A DNA stretch of 64,000 nucleotides from an uncultured delta proteobacterium (lineage in GTDB: Bacteria; Desulfobacterota; Syntrophia; Syntrophales; Smithellaceae). The notes under the pieces are model-generated. The model searched no databases. It saw nothing but the letters and a program-made list of their open reading frames with translations, and was not told where the DNA came from. A program made the translations under genes and the position numbers. Each line of letters opens with the position of its first letter. Position 1 is the first letter of the stretch. The stretch lies in assembly GCA_963753975.1 (NCBI GenBank), contig CAVWEH010000004.1, forward strand, positions 160,001 through 224,000, written 5' to 3'. Positions 59,146 through 64,000 of the stretch are shown piece after piece.

Positions 59146-60562
59146 TAGTAGGCACTGATGATGATTCGACAGCATTCAAAACATTTTCCGTGGCTCTGGA
59201 TAGTTCTTCATCATAATCGTGACTCAGTGAAAACACCCGGAAGTGCATAACGCGCGCCGGTATAAAACGGTATATTTCCAAAAGCGGTTCCGGCGATGTC
59301 ATTTCCGTAACCGGATTAAAAATATTGATTCTTTTTCCGGGTTCGGCCATAGGATTGAGCGGACGAGGATCCTGCGTGGCTAAATCCACTTTAAAATAAA
59401 TTTCTTTTAACTTTTTGGGAAGACGTTCTCTTATTTTTGCTTCATAATCCCCAGCACGAACAAATCCGGTGCCGCGGTGAATTTGAGCAATGGAAATTTC
59501 CGTGGAAAAGGACATCTTCCACTTAACTTCTCTGGCGTGTAGTTTTCTCCATTCATCGGCCAGTTTTCTTTTCTTTTGGTCATTATGTGTGAGCCAGCTT
59601 TGCACTTCATTGAATAAAAACCATTCATCACAATGCAGATAAGCGTCTAATTTTTTCAACGGATTATAAGGGAAAATTATTTCCATGGTATCGTGAAATA
59701 TTTCCTGCAAATGCAAATCTAAGGCGCGCGTGGTGCGGTGAAAGTAAACGTTAGTGTATAAATTCAGACGGGCGTTGAGAAAGCGCCCCAAAGCGGAAAT
59801 GCCCGATTGATGCAAGGTAAGGCCGTCTTTGGTAAAAAAAGTGTAGTAGCGCAGACGGGGAATATCCACCATATCCAGCGAAAAGCCGGTCATGTATGCA
59901 TCGCGTTGAACATAATCGAGGTTATCCACCGTATAAATACCCGAAAACAACTGGCGCAAGAACTGCAACCAGCGCGGCTGCCGGGTATTTTCTCTGGCTT
60001 CGGGCATCTTGATTAAATAGGCTACATGAAGGGGATTCAAAGCTTCGCCGCGCGCAAATAAGCCGGAAGGACTGCGTTTGATCCGGGAAATATCCGCTCC
60101 GAGCTTTTCGACGATAATACTCTGTCCGATTATTTCATGCGTTAAGCCCCAGTCACTCAAAAAATTATCGTCAAAAAAATGACCGTAGGGACCGTGCCCC
60201 ACGTCATGAAAAAGACCGGCGAGACGCAGTAGCTCTTCCACGTAATTGCAGGAGGGTACATCTTTACAAACATCGGACAAACTCGAATAAATGCTTTTGG
60301 CGAATTCTCCGGCAACGTGCATTGTGCCCAGAGAATGTTGAAATCGGGAATGTTCCGCAGCCGGATAAACCCAGCGCGCACTTTGCAACTGGTAAATCCT
60401 TCTTAATCTCTGCATCCAGGGGGAATCAATCAGGTCTTTTTCCGTGGTTTCGTCAGGAGCAATATCTTCCGGCACTGTAAAAAGCGCATATTGATGTATA
60501 GGGTCAGCGATCAAAGCCATACCTTGATAAATATTGTGCCCGGCGGAAGTGGTCTTTTTCAT
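59138..60562 (-). CDS. HD-domain phosphohydrolase, SAMHD1/dNTPase-like
   Basis: DPIH, QRLRRIYQL, HSRFQHSLG, HDVGHGPYGH, DNLDYVQRD, VYFH; start approximate. Confidence 0.9.
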   Translation of the reverse strand: MKKTTSAGHNIYQGMALIADPIHQYALFTVPEDIAPDETTEKDLIDSPWMQRLRRIYQLQSARWVYPAAEHSRFQHSLGTMHVAGEFAKSIYSSLSDVCKDVPSCNYVEELLRLAGLFHDVGHGPYGHFFDDNFLSDWGLTHEIIGQSIIVEKLGADISRIKRSPSGLFARGEALNPLHVAYLIKMPEARENTRQPRWLQFLRQLFSGIYTVDNLDYVQRDAYMTGFSLDMVDIPRLRYYTFFTKDGLTLHQSGISALGRFLNARLNLYTNVYFHRTTRALDLHLQEIFHDTMEIIFPYNPLKKLDAYLHCDEWFLFNEVQSWLTHNDQKKRKLADEWRKLHAREVKWKMSFSTEISIAQIHRGTGFVRAGDYEAKIRERLPKKLKEIYFKVDLATQDPRPLNPMAEPGKRINIFNPVTEMTSPEPLLEIYRFIPARVMHFRVFSLSHDYDEELSRATENVLNAVESSSVPTNV

Positions 60563-61237
60563 GACGGATTGTGTACAATATTCCGCCCAAAAGATCAATT
60601 TCAATCATTGCTTTTATGCTTGACTATTAATTGGTTCATACAAAACCAGATTTCGGCATGGACAGAACTGCACTTAATTTCGGAACACAACTGTAATGTC
60701 GTCTGTGTAGCATCTAAAAAGGTAATGAAAACTTCGTTGCCGACAAAAAGTGGTACATCTTTAATGCTTCATCGGGTTGATGCATTCTTCTTGTAATGTT
60801 GTTTTTCTTATTTGCCCAATTTATACAACATTTCAATTGGAAATTATCAAAAAGTAACCAAAGTACAACTTAACCCATCTGGTGCAACCAGAGGGCGGCG
60901 GATCAAAGGTCCTAGCCATTATTCCGAAATTTAATCTTTTGGCTTTCTTCACCATAGAAGGTGTTCGGTCCCTCCATGAAGGAGTTTTTTGCAAACAAGA
61001 AAGAGAAGCAATTTACTGTTTTGATATGTCCATCTCCACTATATATTATTACCATTTTTTAGTTTGATAAGAACTTCCTTCGCGGGAAGGGTGAAAACTA
61101 ACCAGAGGTCCAAGCTGCACTATCTGATAAAAGGATACTTGAAGAGGTTATCTTCCATTATGGTGCATGCCGGACTTCTGTATCGGGATTGATACTGATA
61201 ATATTGTTATAGTCTTTGCAATTTAAGTGAAATTAAT

Positions 61238-61939
61238 TTATTGCGTGATAGTTTCTTTTATCTTTTGCGCTACAGCTTTATCCTCAAATACTTTTTTAAT
61301 GGCATCGCCTAGAGCAGTACTTAACTGCCCCCCGATTTCTTTTTCAGAAAAGGAAACATCATCCCTGGAAAACGAACTTTCCACTTCACTTGTATATAAT
61401 ATCTTGCGTTTGGCCAAATCCGCAATAACAATGGTCAGCTTCAAATTGGCCTTATAAGAATTACTAAAAGCTCCTGTCCAACAGGTCATTTTCAGCTCCT
61501 CTATGCTGCCACCGATAATAACCTTGCCGTTTCCCTTCGGCATGGTTTTTTCTTTCAAATTCCATTGTACAAGTTTATCGGCAACTTTATAACCGGCTTT
61601 TTGCAAATACTCCTTAACGCCATCGGCGACGGCCTTTGTAGGCATAACATCCTTCAGGAATATGGGAACTCTCGTATCGTCTCTTTCCCGCACTCGACCA
61701 ATTATTTTTTTATCATTCACCTGGCGTGCATCGGTAAATTCCGCTACAGAAATAACAGCGCCACGTGTTTTTTCTTCGGCTTGTAAATATGTCGGGATAA
61801 TGGCCTGCGCCGAGTCATACCGCATACCGACGCTGTAAAGGCTGGGGTTGGTAGTAGCACACCCTGATATGCCCAAACTAAAAGCTATCAAAACATGCAC
61901 CGCAATTCTCTTCAGGGCAAACAAACAATTATTTTTCAT
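61238..61939 (-). CDS. YajG-like lipoprotein
   Basis: ISGC lipobox, FTDAR motif; AAGGAG RBS. Confidence 0.65.
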   Translation of the reverse strand: MKNNCLFALKRIAVHVLIAFSLGISGCATTNPSLYSVGMRYDSAQAIIPTYLQAEEKTRGAVISVAEFTDARQVNDKKIIGRVRERDDTRVPIFLKDVMPTKAVADGVKEYLQKAGYKVADKLVQWNLKEKTMPKGNGKVIIGGSIEELKMTCWTGAFSNSYKANLKLTIVIADLAKRKILYTSEVESSFSRDDVSFSEKEIGGQLSTALGDAIKKVFEDKAVAQKIKETITQ

Positions 61940-62014
61940 ATTTTTCTCCTTTCTTTAAATTTGTAAATTGTGTACTCTTATTAAGGGTCTCCTCTTGTCA
62001 AGACCCGTTAAGAT

Positions 62015-62152
62015 TTACGACACCTTGATCGAAACATAGAAGGCCTGATCGCCCCGATTAAGCAAGAAGAGAACAGCCTTATCAGGCCCCGCTTTTTCTA
62101 TTTCTTTCTGATAGTCAATTAAATTTTTACAGGATTTTTTACTCACTAATAT
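62015..62152 (-). pseudogene. C-terminal PDZ fragment of a DegP/DegQ-like protease
   Basis: Hand translation ILVSKKSCKNLIDYQKEIEKAGPDKAVLFLLNRGDQAFYVSIKVS-stop; no N-terminal part. Confidence 0.5.
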
Positions 62153-62159
62153 AGAAGTA

Positions 62160-62196
62160 ATTTCATGGCCCCGGTCACCACTCCGGGGCATGAAAT
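62160..62196. repeat. short palindromic element
   Basis: ATTTCATGGCCCCGG-8 nt-CCGGGGCATGAAAT. Confidence 0.65.
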
Positions 62197-62343
62197 CTGT
62201 TATGGCTTCGTAGTCACCTGAAACGACCGAGAAGGAGGATGTAAGATTCTTCTTAGTAACTTATTGAGTATTATGTTTAAAAACAATGCACTCATTTTTA
62301 TTTTTTTACTAATAGTTGATTAATGGTGATTTCAACACATCTA

Positions 62344-62784
62344 TCATTTAACAACAAAATGATCTCTTCTGTTTTTTGCCCAAGCATCTTCATCATGTCC
62401 GGGATCTAAGGGACGCTCTTTGCCATAACTAATTGTTTTTATCCTCTTTGAGGCTACACCGGCATTAACCAGATATTTCTTTGCTGCTTTTGCTCTTCGT
62501 TCTCCCAGTGCTAAATTATATTTCGCAGTTCCTCTCTCGTCGCAATTTCCTTCGATGACGATTTTGACTTCCTTGTTTTTCAAAAGGAAAGCGGCGTGAC
62601 CTGAGAGAATTTGCCCGTCTCCCGGACGGATGTTATATTTGTCGAAATCAAAATTGATATCCTTCAGGTCAGTGGTAACCTCTGTAGAAGCAGTCCCCTC
62701 ACTTTTTGTTATTTGTTTTTCCGCACATCCCGCATAAGCCAAGATAAAAACACTCAGACACATAAAAATAATCGCTTTTCTCAT
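62344..62784 (-). CDS. pal: peptidoglycan-associated lipoprotein (Pal/OmpA C-terminal domain)
   Basis: YAGC lipobox, NFDFD, EGNCDERG, YNLALGERRA, SYGKE, NRR. Confidence 0.93.
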   Translation of the reverse strand: MRKAIIFMCLSVFILAYAGCAEKQITKSEGTASTEVTTDLKDINFDFDKYNIRPGDGQILSGHAAFLLKNKEVKIVIEGNCDERGTAKYNLALGERRAKAAKKYLVNAGVASKRIKTISYGKERPLDPGHDEDAWAKNRRDHFVVK

Positions 62785-63030
62785 TTTCGCAACTTACCTC
62801 CTTTTATATTTGTTATATTTATTATTTGCAGAGATAATGAGTATCTCTGTTTTACATTCATCATCTTTTTTCACCGCTTGCGCCGGAAAAGAGAGTAAGA
62901 AAACCATTAAGGAAATCGATAGATACAATCAAAATATGCTTTTGGGTAAATTTCATTAAATAACTTCTGACCAATATTATGGTTTACTTTCAATTCTTAT
63001 CGTGCTAACAATCCCATATAACAACATATA

Positions 63031-63065
63031 ATAGTATGTATGCATATGATATGTATACATACTAT
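63031..63065. promoter_or_regulatory. long palindrome upstream of the MarR gene, candidate operator
   Basis: ATAGTATGTATGCATA-TGA-TATGTATACATACTAT (one mismatch). Confidence 0.55.
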
Positions 63066-63110
63066 ATTGGCAATTACGAAATTGCAAGAACTTTTTACTT
63101 TGGGATGTGT

Positions 63111-63629
63111 ATGCGCGATAAAAAACCAATTATCTCAAATATTATCGACAATTTGCGGCGAGTATTCCAAATTTTAAATGAACAATCCAAGAAAGTTGAA
63201 AGAGAGACCGGATTAACTAGTCCTCAGCTCTGGACAATAAAAACAATTAATGAAAGTTCACCGATTAATGTCTCAGATCTTGCCGACAATCTATATCTTC
63301 ACCCCACCACTGTTATTGGCATTATTGATCGTTTAGAAAAACAAAATTTAGTTAAAAGACGCAGGTCTAAAGACGATCGCCGCGTTGTTTGGATTGAATT
63401 GACAGCTAAAGGGAACGATCTGGTAAAATCCGCCCCGGAAGTCGCTCAGGGATTACTGGTCTCAGGATTAGAGGATATTTCGGCAAATAATCTAATAGAA
63501 ATTGATAGATCAATGAAATGCTTGGTCAAAATATTCGGCGCTCAAAAAATACCGCCTAAACTTATCCTGTCGGCTGAAATTAATGTACCGCGCGGTGCTA
63601 ATATTAAAAAACCTAATAAGCATAAATGA
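63111..63629 (+). CDS. MarR-family transcriptional regulator
   Basis: GLTSPQL, TVIGIIDRLE, DDRRVVWIELTAKG. Confidence 0.9.
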   Translation: MRDKKPIISNIIDNLRRVFQILNEQSKKVERETGLTSPQLWTIKTINESSPINVSDLADNLYLHPTTVIGIIDRLEKQNLVKRRRSKDDRRVVWIELTAKGNDLVKSAPEVAQGLLVSGLEDISANNLIEIDRSMKCLVKIFGAQKIPPKLILSAEINVPRGANIKKPNKHK

Positions 63630-63689
63630 CAGAAAAAGATTGAACAGGCGGCCATACCAAGAGGACACCAAATAGAGAGGAGAGTTTAT

Positions 63690-64000
63690 ATGAAAAGGAA
63701 TATTTGCCTGCTGGGAGGAATTATCTTGCTGCTTTTTGTCTGGAGCACTAATTCCTGGGCTGCATACAAAATCGGTATTATCAACATGAGGGAAATAATA
63801 CAAAGTTCGGCCGAAGGAAAAAAAGCGGGAGAGGACTTAAGAGAAGTGGCGGAAAAGAAGCAATCTGCAATTTCTTCGGCGGAAAAAGAACTTAAGGAAA
63901 TGAAGGACGAATTGGATAAACAAGGTTCCATTCTAACGGCTAACGCGCGCGTAGATAAAGAAGCTGCTTACCAGAAGAAGCTGCGCGACTATCAATTGCT
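63690..64000 (+). CDS. skp: OmpH/Skp periplasmic chaperone (runs off window)
   Basis: Hand translation MKRNICLL..AAYKIGIINMREIIQSSAEGKKA..coiled coil; GAGGAG RBS. Confidence 0.8.
   Translation, partial: MKRNICLLGGIILLLFVWSTNSWAAYKIGIINMREIIQSSAEGKKAGEDLREVAEKKQSAISSAEKELKEMKDELDKQGSILTANARVDKEAAYQKKLRDYQL

Noticed and set aside
61036..61051. NrdR-box-like CCACTATATATTATTA upstream of the HD-nrdD pair
   Set aside because: Single, imperfect and about 470 bp from the start codon in AT-rich DNA.
60855..61160. Two hairpin-plus-AGGTCC segments vaguely like c-di-GMP-I riboswitches
   Set aside because: The conserved GGCAAA/CGCAAAGC elements are absent and no plus-strand gene follows; needs an Rfam search.
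63036..63110. Tyr-rich N-terminus MYAYDMYTYY of the MarR ORF as a leader peptide
   Set aside because: It is just the translation of the AT-rich palindrome; there is no separate stop or terminator.

Overview
A mostly housekeeping chromosomal segment from an anaerobic bacterium. The gene content (dapL/dapF, thiolase, paaK, DUF362, leuS-lptE, class III RNR-like gene) suggests a deltaproteobacterial, Syntrophales/Smithella-like organism; this assignment is inference. Four things stand out. (1) An integrase-less integron cassette array at 43.0-48.3 kb: six same-strand cassettes with reciprocal attC core sites and mostly nuclease-like or TA cargo, preceded by a small AT-rich leader with a sigma70-like promoter bracketed by a perfect 18-bp inverted repeat. 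(2) An NrdD-like protein whose glycyl-radical Gly is replaced by Lys (RLTKYF), abutting or overlapping a SAMHD1-like HD hydrolase gene, with no nrdG in the window. (3) An unannotated Tyr/Phe-rich leader peptide with 1:2/2:3/3:4 attenuator geometry ahead of a liv-type ABC transporter plus paaK operon. (4) Several families of palindromic intergenic repeats, one inserted in-frame into the lptE signal region. The window also holds a split peptidoglycan-recycling locus (spoIID-ampG-murU-amgK; GT2-DUF4922 fusion, M15 peptidase, DUF1460), tRNA-Thr(CGT), and three net +1 frameshifts (dedA, purL, brnA) that may be sequencing errors. All family assignments come from motif recognition, not database searches.
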